From positions 6,313 through 70,312 of the forward strand of contig DBDU01000026.1 of assembly GCA_002293725.1 (NCBI GenBank): a stretch of DNA of 64,000 nt, in the 5' to 3' direction. Below the pieces are notes generated by a model. That model saw only the letters and a program-made list of their open reading frames with translations, ran no database searches and was not told the DNA's origin. Both the position numbers and the translations under genes were made by a program. Shown one piece after another: positions 46,645 to 56,083 of the stretch; position 1 is the first letter of the stretch, and every line of letters begins with the position of its first letter. The DNA is from Patescibacteria group bacterium UBA924 (lineage in GTDB: Bacteria; Patescibacteriota; Microgenomatia; UBA1400; PJMF01).

Positions 46645-49600
46645 TTAATGTCCGTTCTTCTTATCACCTTCAGCTACTTCACCAATTTTCTTCCAGTCAT
46701 GCTCATAGTAGTGAGTATCAACCACAAACTGCTCAACCGTACCTACTAAACCACGGTCTCTCATCATCTGTTCTACAGCGTCTCTAGCATATGCACGAAC
46801 AATTTTTTTACTAAGGTTCTTTTGCTCTTCCATGTCTCCACCAAAGTCTGGTCCTAAGAAAGACTCCAAAGCCATATCACACATTTCTAAAAACAACTCT
46901 CGGTGAGCAAAGTCCATCGGCTTAGCTCCAGAGATCGTCTCAATCTCATGACGAACTGTCTCTAACATTCCCGTCATGTAGTGGACAGAGTGACCACCTT
47001 CTACAGACTTGTACCGATACTGATCAAGGTATAAACCAACCGCAATTAACCATGCCTCTACCACGAATTGGCTTTGACCAGCAGCATGCAACGGCTTTCC
47101 TTCATCATCTACACTGCCAATTAAGTCAGCGGCAATTCTGACACCCTCAGGGACAGCTTTGGTTTTTGCCGCGCGTAAATCTTTAGAGTCGGGATATCTG
47201 TTCCGAAGTTCTCGGATAGTCCCTTCAACCTCTCCATGACCATGAGGATCTTCAACCATTCCTCTAAATGGCTTGCGGAAAACATTCAGCAAAAGCTCGC
47301 TGACTGGAAGCACATCTTCGCCAGGTAAACGAGGCCCCGCACCAGTGCTGATTTTGTCAGAATAGTAACGAGCACCGGCTTGCGTAATCTTAGAGAATCC
47401 CATTCCGCCTTCTTTTTTCGACAGGTCGTCAATGGTCATGTGGGTAATAACCACTTTTTTGCGGAAAACTTCATCAATATGCACGGCTTCTGCAGCGAGA
47501 CTCTCTGGAGAAGATCTCAATGTACGGAACTTTCTCCATAAATCTTTAATATCTTCAGGAAAGTCACTTTTAACCGTTCGTTTATGGATGTTGTTCTTTG
47601 CTAAGTGAGTTTCGTGAATCGGTGGAAAGACTGCTTTGGTGTCTCTGGTAGAAAGAAACTCCATCCAAACTTTTCCATCACTCGCTGCTCCTGCCCAAAA
47701 CCGACCGTGCTGTGCAGTCATCGTGTCGAAACGGACATACTGTGGATCTACCATGGAGTCGACAATCTGTCTGTCTGACAAAGCAATCATATGTGCCCTA
47801 TCAGGATTTCTTTTCTTGATTGCCTGTCTGCGTGCATGTTTAAGATAGTTACGTGGCACCCGAATAAACATCATCTCTGAGATGTCTTTCGGATTCGCTG
47901 GATCATACATTGCAGCATGTTCCGGTTTAACCCGGATAATTTTGTAACGACTATTCACGGCCATGTTTTGAGCGATTTTCTTAAGCTCATCCAAAACCAT
48001 CTCGTCAATCTCACTCTTCTTCGCTTTCGGATGTGCTGTTTCTAAGCTACTACGAATTAGCGGCTGTTCCGCTTCTAAAGTATCTACAAGATCCGTCAAA
48101 CGATCAATTTCCTCTTGATCGATATTTGTTTTCTTAGACTTTAACGATTCCAAAGCCGCTATTCTTCTCTTGATATCCTGAATCTGTTCCAATGAACTTA
48201 AGTCTTCGTACTCACCTACAGCAAACTGACGGGACTCAATGATGAACTTCGTAATCTGGGTAATTCTTCTTTCCAACGTCTGTCTCTTTGGATCCCCCAC
48301 TTTGAGCGCTTTGGCTTTGGTTCGCATGTCATTACGCTCTTCAATAACCTGTTCAAGCGTATAACTCTCATATTTATCGGGAGAGAGCTCCACGTACATA
48401 TGAATAAAGTCACTTCGTGTAGGCCAGATACGACTGACTTGATCTAAACCAGTGTCTCTCCACTCATAATCCGTATTCATTCTGGTATGTGCTACTTTGG
48501 TAGCATACTCACCAGTGTTAATGTACCAAGCCAACTTAGAGTCAAGACCGTCATCGTCATAATCAAAGTTACGCAAAGTAAATACACTGGTCCAGGTAGC
48601 GATCTTCCAAGCTAAATCGACCACACTTCCATCTCTAAACTCACCAGGTTTCTTAGGATCTTTTACACGAATTCCTGCCGGAATCTCCTCAATCAGCTTG
48701 TCACGAACTTGTTGAATTTCAGTAGATTTATCACGACGAGAAAGGAAAACAAGGTCAGGGATTTCCCGTTCTATGCCACCAATAAAGTGATTGACGTAAT
48801 CTGGAATACGCCAGTACGTTTCTCGGCCGCCATCCTTTTCAAAAAGTTTGTGCAGCTCTGTTTCCACTTCACCATCAGCACCTTTTCGATGTACCTGTTT
48901 GTAAAATGGACCCAAGTCCCAGTTATAGTAACCTCCAGTATCCTGTTTTTCATCACCAACCAACTTCACAATCGCCATTGGGTTATCGCCGCTCTGCCAG
49001 TTCCCAGTTTCACGCATGGCATTGACGTAGTTATGCATTGCTTCAATATGCAAAATCCGGTACTTCCACATCGTTACCCATTCAAGGATTGTTTCGTGAG
49101 AAGCCCCCGACATAATCTCTGCCCATGGAAAATCTGTAATTAACGTGTCCACTGTTTTATTTACATCCATCTCACGACTGGGAATGTTGAACTTTAGTTG
49201 CCATAGTTTGAGATCATCCGCCGGTAGTGCAAAAACTTGTTGACCAGAAGCAACGGAAGCTGAAAAGACTTCGCTTCCCAGATAGTTAGTAAGACCCAAT
49301 ATAAACTCCGTCATGAATGCATTAAGTCCGTGTTTTTTGACGTATTCCGACATCTCCAAAAAGTCGGGCATGTATGGATTTCGCTCTTTCAGTTTGGTAT
49401 AGATTAGCCGTGTAACCTCTTGTTTCGCTAACTCACTCTCGTCTTTCGCAGACTCAGCTTTGGAACGACCTGCCTTTTGATCTTGTCGTTCAATTAACTC
49501 TTGGACGCGTGCAATTTCTGTCTCAAGATACTTTATCTTGGCTGATTGAAGGTTCTTATTAAACTGAGAGTCAGGATCGGAAACTGGGTACTCAACTACC

Positions 49601-50757
49601 GAAACAATATTCTGTTGGTTACGTAAAAAGGCAAGCACTCTTCTTAAAGCAGGTGTTTCGACGGCATCATCAATAGGCGAGTTGGTATCTAATTTTTTCT
49701 TAAAGTCTTGAAGGAACTGCTTGTAAGGACGCTCAGGCTCTCCATCAATGTATATCGTGTATTCTTGAATGACATCTGCCTGCCAACGTGTAAACTGCGG
49801 AATGAGTTCTGGGTAAGAAACAAGATCAATGATGAACAGTATTTCTCGAACTCGATCTTCCTTTAAGTTGTAGTCATCTAGTGGCTTATTTTCATTGATT
49901 GATGGAGCTATTTTCTTTTCTTTTACTAACCTGGCTTTTTCTTCTAATAATGCTCTCAATGACTCTTGAAGTTTCAGTGCTCCTTCCGGAACAGCAGCAT
50001 CCCCAGGTTCATTTCCCTCATACGACTGGGTTAGCTTTAAGAGGTTTGCAAGAGCGTCTGGATTATCAACTATCCACTTCGTCATTCGATCAATAAGAGT
50101 AGGATCTGCACCCTTGCCCAGCTTATCGATAATAAGAGATCCTAACTCGTCAGTCTCATCTTTAGTTAAAGTTGCTACATCCTGATAGAGAGATTTATTG
50201 TCTATAACGCCCGGGTACTCAGTAGCCAGATCAGCTAGCTTTTGCTGCGCTTGCTCTATAAAGAAGCCGGTAGGATGAATCTTAAGTCCTCTGAACTCTT
50301 CCCGATGTGCAGCAAAGTCTGTAGAGCCCCCTTCTTTTTCTTGATACAAAGTAGCTTGAAGTTCCAAAAATTGAGAGAAAAAGGTAGAAATCTGCAAAGC
50401 ATCTAGCACAATCGCATCGCTGACAACGTTATACTCTACTCTGAGCTTCTGGACTCTTTCCAAAGACTTGTATAAACGACGAGTAACGTATCGGCGGAAA
50501 GTTACAACTTCGTCATCTGTTGCTTTATATTTATTTTTCAACAGACGAACAATTACATCATGGGAATCATCGGTGAGTACGTCAATATATCCATATAACA
50601 ACTTAAAATCTGCTTCTGTGATTTTTTCATTTTTGGCCACCAAACGATTCTCGAGGTCTTCAACAATAAGATTGATTTCCTCAAGTGTATTCTTTGTTCT
50701 TTGATACTCGGCCGAAGCAACACGCTGAACTTCAGCTTCCTTTAAGAATTCTGCCAT
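46645..50757 (-). CDS. Giant (1370 aa) soluble protein of unknown function
   Basis: The ORF is uninterrupted. I found no TM helix, Walker motif or recognisable catalytic motif. It contains coiled-coil-rich stretches. Confidence 0.6.
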   Translation of the reverse strand: MAEFLKEAEVQRVASAEYQRTKNTLEEINLIVEDLENRLVAKNEKITEADFKLLYGYIDVLTDDSHDVIVRLLKNKYKATDDEVVTFRRYVTRRLYKSLERVQKLRVEYNVVSDAIVLDALQISTFFSQFLELQATLYQEKEGGSTDFAAHREEFRGLKIHPTGFFIEQAQQKLADLATEYPGVIDNKSLYQDVATLTKDETDELGSLIIDKLGKGADPTLIDRMTKWIVDNPDALANLLKLTQSYEGNEPGDAAVPEGALKLQESLRALLEEKARLVKEKKIAPSINENKPLDDYNLKEDRVREILFIIDLVSYPELIPQFTRWQADVIQEYTIYIDGEPERPYKQFLQDFKKKLDTNSPIDDAVETPALRRVLAFLRNQQNIVSVVEYPVSDPDSQFNKNLQSAKIKYLETEIARVQELIERQDQKAGRSKAESAKDESELAKQEVTRLIYTKLKERNPYMPDFLEMSEYVKKHGLNAFMTEFILGLTNYLGSEVFSASVASGQQVFALPADDLKLWQLKFNIPSREMDVNKTVDTLITDFPWAEIMSGASHETILEWVTMWKYRILHIEAMHNYVNAMRETGNWQSGDNPMAIVKLVGDEKQDTGGYYNWDLGPFYKQVHRKGADGEVETELHKLFEKDGGRETYWRIPDYVNHFIGGIEREIPDLVFLSRRDKSTEIQQVRDKLIEEIPAGIRVKDPKKPGEFRDGSVVDLAWKIATWTSVFTLRNFDYDDDGLDSKLAWYINTGEYATKVAHTRMNTDYEWRDTGLDQVSRIWPTRSDFIHMYVELSPDKYESYTLEQVIEERNDMRTKAKALKVGDPKRQTLERRITQITKFIIESRQFAVGEYEDLSSLEQIQDIKRRIAALESLKSKKTNIDQEEIDRLTDLVDTLEAEQPLIRSSLETAHPKAKKSEIDEMVLDELKKIAQNMAVNSRYKIIRVKPEHAAMYDPANPKDISEMMFIRVPRNYLKHARRQAIKKRNPDRAHMIALSDRQIVDSMVDPQYVRFDTMTAQHGRFWAGAASDGKVWMEFLSTRDTKAVFPPIHETHLAKNNIHKRTVKSDFPEDIKDLWRKFRTLRSSPESLAAEAVHIDEVFRKKVVITHMTIDDLSKKEGGMGFSKITQAGARYYSDKISTGAGPRLPGEDVLPVSELLLNVFRKPFRGMVEDPHGHGEVEGTIRELRNRYPDSKDLRAAKTKAVPEGVRIAADLIGSVDDEGKPLHAAGQSQFVVEAWLIAVGLYLDQYRYKSVEGGHSVHYMTGMLETVRHEIETISGAKPMDFAHRELFLEMCDMALESFLGPDFGGDMEEQKNLSKKIVRAYARDAVEQMMRDRGLVGTVEQFVVDTHYYEHDWKKIGEVAEGDKKNGH

Positions 50758-50775
50758 GTTTCTTTTTTTCTACGC

Positions 50776-52356
50776 TTAAGCTGCAATTTTTTGCAACAGT
50801 GCCGTAATGTCTTCTTTTTTCTGAGCTGGAGGAGGTTTTATCCCGTCATAAAGTTTTGGCACTTCTGATGCAACTAAGAGCAGAGCCATCTGTTCAACAG
50901 CCGTTGCATCATTAGGGTTGAAACCTTCTACTTCATCTTTACTTGCAGTTCCACTTAATAAGTTATTAAACCGATTAAATGCAACCCCTAATACTCTCGC
51001 ACGAGACTGTTCCGCTGTTGCAAGCATGTTCATCTTGGCATCTTCGTCAAGAGATTCTGGAACGAGTGTTCTAGCTTCTTCATATACTGCTTTCAGTTTT
51101 TTCTTTACGTCACCCTCACCAGATTCTGGTGCCTTTGGCGGTTCGGGCGCTGATTCTACTTTTTCGTCACTCGCTTCATCAGTAGCTACGTCCTCTGGGC
51201 TGACACCTGGCTCTGGTGCAGGTTCCGTAGCTGGTTCTTCTGTCCCAATCACCTCCGTTAAAGCAAAGATACGAGCTTTGTTTTTCTCCACCCAAATCTT
51301 GAGGTTAGCGAGGGCCTTCTTTCTACCATCTTCATCTTCTTCGTTAAATTCTTTCTCAAGATCTTGAGCTTTGCGTTTGAATGCAGTCTCATTAGCCATA
51401 GCTTGGGCAGTCCCTGTTAACTCAAAAGAAATGACTCCCAAACCTTTGACATAAGCCAAAAATGGAATCAGAGCATCTTCTCGTTCACGAGCCAAGTCTG
51501 TATCTGTAGGAGGAGTAGACTCATCAATCATCTCCACGAGCTCATTAAAAGAGATCTTCAAGGCGTCTTTTACGGGTCTGTGAATGCTAGATCGCATCTT
51601 TCTTTCTAATCGTTGAGTGCGGCTCATGTTAATCATTTGCAAGCCCTTCTCAACCCATCGGCCTACCTTCTCTTTAATACCTGTTTCAGCATCGTCTTCT
51701 TGGTCACTATCTTCCTCAGGAGTAGGTGTGGTATCGACTGGAGAAACTGGTTCTACGTTTGCTGGGGGTACATCTGGAGTCTCAGGTGTGCCAGCAGCTG
51801 GACGAGCCTTCACCAGATCAAGCACATCTCGCATTTTTTGAATTAAGGTCAGCATGTGCTCTGGGGTAACCGTACCCGCTTCCTCAACAGAAACAACTAA
51901 CTCATCCAGGTCACCTTCGATACTATCGGCTAAGTTTTCCAGAGGGAGAGTCCCTTCCGCACGTTGGTAAACAACATCTAACTCACCCATTAATTCTTGC
52001 AAGCGAATAGCGAGGGGTTTGTCTTCAAATGAAGCTGTCGTGTAATCGATGTCCGGATCTGATTCATCTAAATTATCAAGTAAAAGTACTAAGTTTGCTC
52101 TCTCCTCTTTAATGACTTTCCCTTTTGCGCTACGAGCTTCTTTTTGTAAGGCTCCCACTTTTCGACGTAACTCCACAAGCTCGTCACGAACTTCTAATAC
52201 TCTCTCTTTAGAAGGTTTACGGGATTTCTTTAACTCTGCAACTGTGCCACGGGCTGCATTAACTTCATCTTCTAAAGGTTTGTATGAATCTACAATTTCT
52301 TGGGTGCTTCGAAGTGTTTCGCTTCCTGTTTCAGGACTTAAAGGGGCGGTTGTCAT
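50776..52356 (-). CDS. Acidic coiled-coil protein (526 aa), unknown function
   Basis: The product is rich in Glu, Asp and Lys with a Pro/Glu linker. It sits 18 bp upstream of the giant protein gene. Confidence 0.5.
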   Translation of the reverse strand: MTTAPLSPETGSETLRSTQEIVDSYKPLEDEVNAARGTVAELKKSRKPSKERVLEVRDELVELRRKVGALQKEARSAKGKVIKEERANLVLLLDNLDESDPDIDYTTASFEDKPLAIRLQELMGELDVVYQRAEGTLPLENLADSIEGDLDELVVSVEEAGTVTPEHMLTLIQKMRDVLDLVKARPAAGTPETPDVPPANVEPVSPVDTTPTPEEDSDQEDDAETGIKEKVGRWVEKGLQMINMSRTQRLERKMRSSIHRPVKDALKISFNELVEMIDESTPPTDTDLAREREDALIPFLAYVKGLGVISFELTGTAQAMANETAFKRKAQDLEKEFNEEDEDGRKKALANLKIWVEKNKARIFALTEVIGTEEPATEPAPEPGVSPEDVATDEASDEKVESAPEPPKAPESGEGDVKKKLKAVYEEARTLVPESLDEDAKMNMLATAEQSRARVLGVAFNRFNNLLSGTASKDEVEGFNPNDATAVEQMALLLVASEVPKLYDGIKPPPAQKKEDITALLQKIAA

Positions 52357-52502
52357 AGTTCCTCACTTACATTCTTTACAATTACAACTTGATCCAGATG
52401 ACGAGGAAATTATAGCACCAGGAAAGAGGTCTGTGGCAAGGAAAGAACTGCCGTTTCTTCAATTGACAAACCTATAAAAAGTAGGTCAAAGTAAGCTCAG
52501 AT

Positions 52503-54023
52503 ATGAATGAGAATGAGTACGAGCGACCACCAGAAGAAACCCCTGCTCCTGAACCAGTTGAAGCTCCCGCGGATATTCCTTCTGTAAACCCACCTACCCC
52601 AGAGACAACTCCTCCTGTTGCCACACCACCTGTAGAAGCTGGTGATAGCCCCATATCAAGGCTCACTACTCCCGAAGACGCCTCTGTCGATATTCCCATT
52701 GAGGGAAGCGCTGAAGAAAATGCCGAGGGCCAACCAGACACTCCAGAAGGAGAAGAAGCTGCTACTCCTCAACCAGAAAAAAGCTTATCGGAAAAGGAAA
52801 AAGAGTTGGCCGAGAATAAAGCGCGCGAAAAAGTCTACTTTTTATTGAAAACGCGCTTTGAGATGAGCGATGAAGATATTCAAAAAGAGCTAGGGAATTT
52901 GAGCTTGGAAGAGCTGTTTGATTTTTACACCGACCTCTATCCCGATTTTGTGAATGATCTTAATACTTTAGAAGAGGCCATTCACACCGTCGTTTTGCAA
53001 GAAGCTACTGCCCATGCGGAAGCCCAGGCAGCTGAAAAAGAACAAGATGATACTAGAGAAGGCGACGATGCTGATGAAGAAGTTCCTGTTGAGGAATCAG
53101 CTCCCGAAGCCATCTCCCAAGAGGGCGAAGATGACGCTACTGAAGCCAAAGATGCCGTCACAGAAGAAAGCGAGACTCCTGAACAAAAGAGCATGCGTCA
53201 GGCAAAAGAGCTCGTTCAACGACAAGCGGCCTGGGATATCTATCGTAAGAATCACCTAGAGACATTTATCAAAGAAAACTTAGTAGACGAAACCAAGTAC
53301 CCACCCGATAAGTTCCCTAATGGACCTCAGTACGAAGATCTCGATGATGAGGATAAGGCTAAAGTTGAGGCTGCATTTAAGGAGTTCTGGACTCAAGACT
53401 ACCTCCCTGAAAATGCAGATACCGAGTTTGCCGATCAAGATCAAGACTCTTTACGCCAAGCACTTAAGAAACTAGGGAAAGAAATTTGGGTCAAAGGCGC
53501 ATCGACGACCGATGCCTCAACGTTGCTGAGAACCTTGTTCCTGCAAGGTGCATATCACTCGGGTGGTCACTCCAGCGAAGCATTCGCTCAGGATGAAAAT
53601 GACCGCGGTACAGCTATTGACGTTGCTCGCTTCCGAGAGATGTGCGGTTGGAAAGATGGTGAAGGGAGTGAAGATAACAAGAAAAAGTGGATGCAGCTCT
53701 GTGCCATCATCTATAACCAACTGCAGAAGGCAGATAATAATGAAGGTGAAGTTGTTGCAGTAAGCGAGTGGACAGATGGCGAAGCACTTGAACCAAACGA
53801 GATGAAAGAGCACATGGAAGAGCTCTATGAAGCTTGTGTAACCTCAGGAAAAGAAAAAGTGAATCGCGCGTTAGTAGAAGCTTTCGATACAACTAAGAAC
53901 GGTGGAATTGCCCTCACTAAACCAGGTGTTCTGGGTGGAGAAGTTCATGCCTCACAAGAGCTGATCGTTCACTTCCAGATGATGGCCAATCACAGCGACT
54001 ATCTACAGAACTTCTTTTCATAA
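52503..54023 (+). CDS. Acidic protein (506 aa), unknown function
   Basis: A Pro/Thr/Glu-rich N-terminus is followed by an acidic helical region. It is transcribed divergently from the 50776..52356 gene. Confidence 0.5.
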   Translation: MNENEYERPPEETPAPEPVEAPADIPSVNPPTPETTPPVATPPVEAGDSPISRLTTPEDASVDIPIEGSAEENAEGQPDTPEGEEAATPQPEKSLSEKEKELAENKAREKVYFLLKTRFEMSDEDIQKELGNLSLEELFDFYTDLYPDFVNDLNTLEEAIHTVVLQEATAHAEAQAAEKEQDDTREGDDADEEVPVEESAPEAISQEGEDDATEAKDAVTEESETPEQKSMRQAKELVQRQAAWDIYRKNHLETFIKENLVDETKYPPDKFPNGPQYEDLDDEDKAKVEAAFKEFWTQDYLPENADTEFADQDQDSLRQALKKLGKEIWVKGASTTDASTLLRTLFLQGAYHSGGHSSEAFAQDENDRGTAIDVARFREMCGWKDGEGSEDNKKKWMQLCAIIYNQLQKADNNEGEVVAVSEWTDGEALEPNEMKEHMEELYEACVTSGKEKVNRALVEAFDTTKNGGIALTKPGVLGGEVHASQELIVHFQMMANHSDYLQNFFS

Positions 54024-54069
54024 GCCACGATTACATATTCCCTCCGCCTTTTTTTTGTGGTAGAAAAAG

Positions 54070-54200
54070 CCCACTCATTTTCGGAATCGGGTGAAAGTCC
54101 CGAACTGTGCCGCAACGGTAACTTTTTCGCTAAGTCGTAAAAGAAGTCCGATCGGAAAGTGAGTGCTAAAGGACGAGCATCCATATGCACATACACTGCG
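54070..54200 (+). promoter_or_regulatory. Cobalamin (AdoCbl) riboswitch-like element
   Basis: The core CGGAATCGGGTGAAAGTCCCGAACTGTGCCGCAACGGTAA closely matches the conserved cobalamin-riboswitch core (GGGAAUCCGGUGAAAAUCCGGAACUGUCCCGCAACUGUAA). The downstream block AAGTCCGATCGGAAAGTG partially matches the B12-box start (AGYCMG...). Confidence 0.45.
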
Positions 54201-54236
54201 TGTTTGTCGGCTCTGCTCCTCTTCTGAGGAGCTTTT

Positions 54237-56075
54237 ATGTCTAAGGAGCAACTTGCTACTTCGCGATGGGACTGGAGTGAGTTGAGCTTTGGTCTGTTGG
54301 GAATGGTGGAACATAGCCGCGAGCGCCTACATAAAGTGCGTTCAAACCTTGAAGGTAGACGCGTAGTAGAGTCGGCTCACAAAAATTGGGACAATACCAA
54401 CTACTGTCGTAGCTTGAGCCAGGACGCGCCACATCAATATACCTACCAACAGCTGTTAGACGTTTTCCCAGCTAACTTCCGCGCTTTCACCGACGAGTAC
54501 TGCCTTGGCACACTAGTTCAAGAGTACCCCTTGGTTGTAGATAAACGCGGTATGTTGGGGCTTGATGATACCTATAAAGAACCATTGACCGATCAAGCTC
54601 CCCGCTTTCAAGAAAAACTATCTCGAACTGGAAAACGACAGCAACGTGGAACGATCGAAACATTTAATAGCCAGCGTTTGGACACCTGGCTTTCCACAGT
54701 TTGTCACAATGAGCAGTACCCATTCGGAACTAAACTTGTTTGGTGCAGCCCTCCTGGATTTAAGGTGGAGGGATATCACGGTACCAGCAGTAAACACCAC
54801 AGCTTCATTTGGGTGTATGAAAAAGAACTCGGCCCTGAGGGGCAACCTCGAATGAGTATGACTCAGTTCCGCTGTTGGCCAAACCTTTCACAGATGGAAA
54901 GAATTCAACACGCCTTGCGATTGAAGGCTCAACCAACCGACGTCTTAGAAGATGCTGTTGTTCCGACCAACAAACTTTCTCGAAGGAACAGTGTTATTGC
55001 CGAGTTTATTGAGCTTCCTGCTGCAATATCGATGGATGAGATCGAAGACACGATCTATGAAACAGAAGACAGTTGGCAGGTACAACGTGAGGACATGCCC
55101 CTTCTTTCAGAAGAGCGACTCTATGCTTTCGCACAGTATCGAGATGACGTTCTTCATCAGTTTTTAATTCCGACATACCAAGCGCTGCTCGCTCCCATGT
55201 CTCAACTACTGGAACCCTACTCTTCTCCTTTTTGGAGATCTCCCGAGTATATTCAGCTTATTCAACAACTGGACCTTGCCTTTGCTATCGCTTGGCAACA
55301 TTTAATGAAGTATGTTGAGGCTGTCGATCAACGGCCAACTGCTCAAGCGCTTCCGGCACTTCCACTGGCAGAGCTGCAGCGAGTGGATCACTTGCGAGAA
55401 ATCTTTGCATTGAAAGTGAAGTCAGATAATGGCGATGCAACTAAAGAGGATCGCAAACGATTTAATGATTTAGCTCCTCAACTTCTTTCTGTAGGTTCAA
55501 CGGCACTAAGTGTCGGCCAATGCGGCATTGGAACGTTGATTCCTGTTCAGCTTTTTAAAGGACTTGAAGGATTTGAGTCACTACAAGGCTTTAGCTCACT
55601 TTCAAAATTAAGCAAGTTCGATATTGCCAAGCTCTCTGCCGCAGAGCAACTTGCTTTTAAAAGCCAAGTCTTGAGCCAATATAAACCACTTACTTTAATT
55701 GGAAAATTTGGTCAAAAAGAAACATTTTGGGTACAAAATGAATATTATCAACAGTATCTGCAGGGTTCGCGTGTCACCAGCTCAGGAGAGTTTATCGGTC
55801 CTTGTGATATTCCACTCACAACTGGTGCAGACAACTTGGTACTCACCAATGCTAAGTATCAAGAACTTTTCCAGGCTGCCACACAGCCCGCACTGCCAGA
55901 CCTTGCTCAGCTCGATCTTGATGAAAAAAACTCACTTTCCCAAGCTCGAACTGAGGATGAACGTGCTCAAATTCGACAAGCTTTCTCAAGCAAACGAAGT
56001 CAGCTAAAGCACAGAGTTTCTGTTACGCAATTGATTAACAATGATCTCTTTCGGCCAACCTTTGCCAGGGTATAA
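54237..56075 (+). CDS. Hypothetical soluble protein (612 aa)
   Basis: The ORF is uninterrupted with no recognised motifs. It is the first gene after the riboswitch-like element. Confidence 0.5.
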   Translation: MSKEQLATSRWDWSELSFGLLGMVEHSRERLHKVRSNLEGRRVVESAHKNWDNTNYCRSLSQDAPHQYTYQQLLDVFPANFRAFTDEYCLGTLVQEYPLVVDKRGMLGLDDTYKEPLTDQAPRFQEKLSRTGKRQQRGTIETFNSQRLDTWLSTVCHNEQYPFGTKLVWCSPPGFKVEGYHGTSSKHHSFIWVYEKELGPEGQPRMSMTQFRCWPNLSQMERIQHALRLKAQPTDVLEDAVVPTNKLSRRNSVIAEFIELPAAISMDEIEDTIYETEDSWQVQREDMPLLSEERLYAFAQYRDDVLHQFLIPTYQALLAPMSQLLEPYSSPFWRSPEYIQLIQQLDLAFAIAWQHLMKYVEAVDQRPTAQALPALPLAELQRVDHLREIFALKVKSDNGDATKEDRKRFNDLAPQLLSVGSTALSVGQCGIGTLIPVQLFKGLEGFESLQGFSSLSKLSKFDIAKLSAAEQLAFKSQVLSQYKPLTLIGKFGQKETFWVQNEYYQQYLQGSRVTSSGEFIGPCDIPLTTGADNLVLTNAKYQELFQAATQPALPDLAQLDLDEKNSLSQARTEDERAQIRQAFSSKRSQLKHRVSVTQLINNDLFRPTFARV

Positions 56076-56083
56076 TTCGACGT

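Noticed and set aside
52472-52741. 89-aa minus-strand Gly/Ser-rich ORF
   Set aside because: It is antisense to the Pro/Thr/Glu-rich N-terminus of the 52503..54023 gene. It is a low-complexity artefact.
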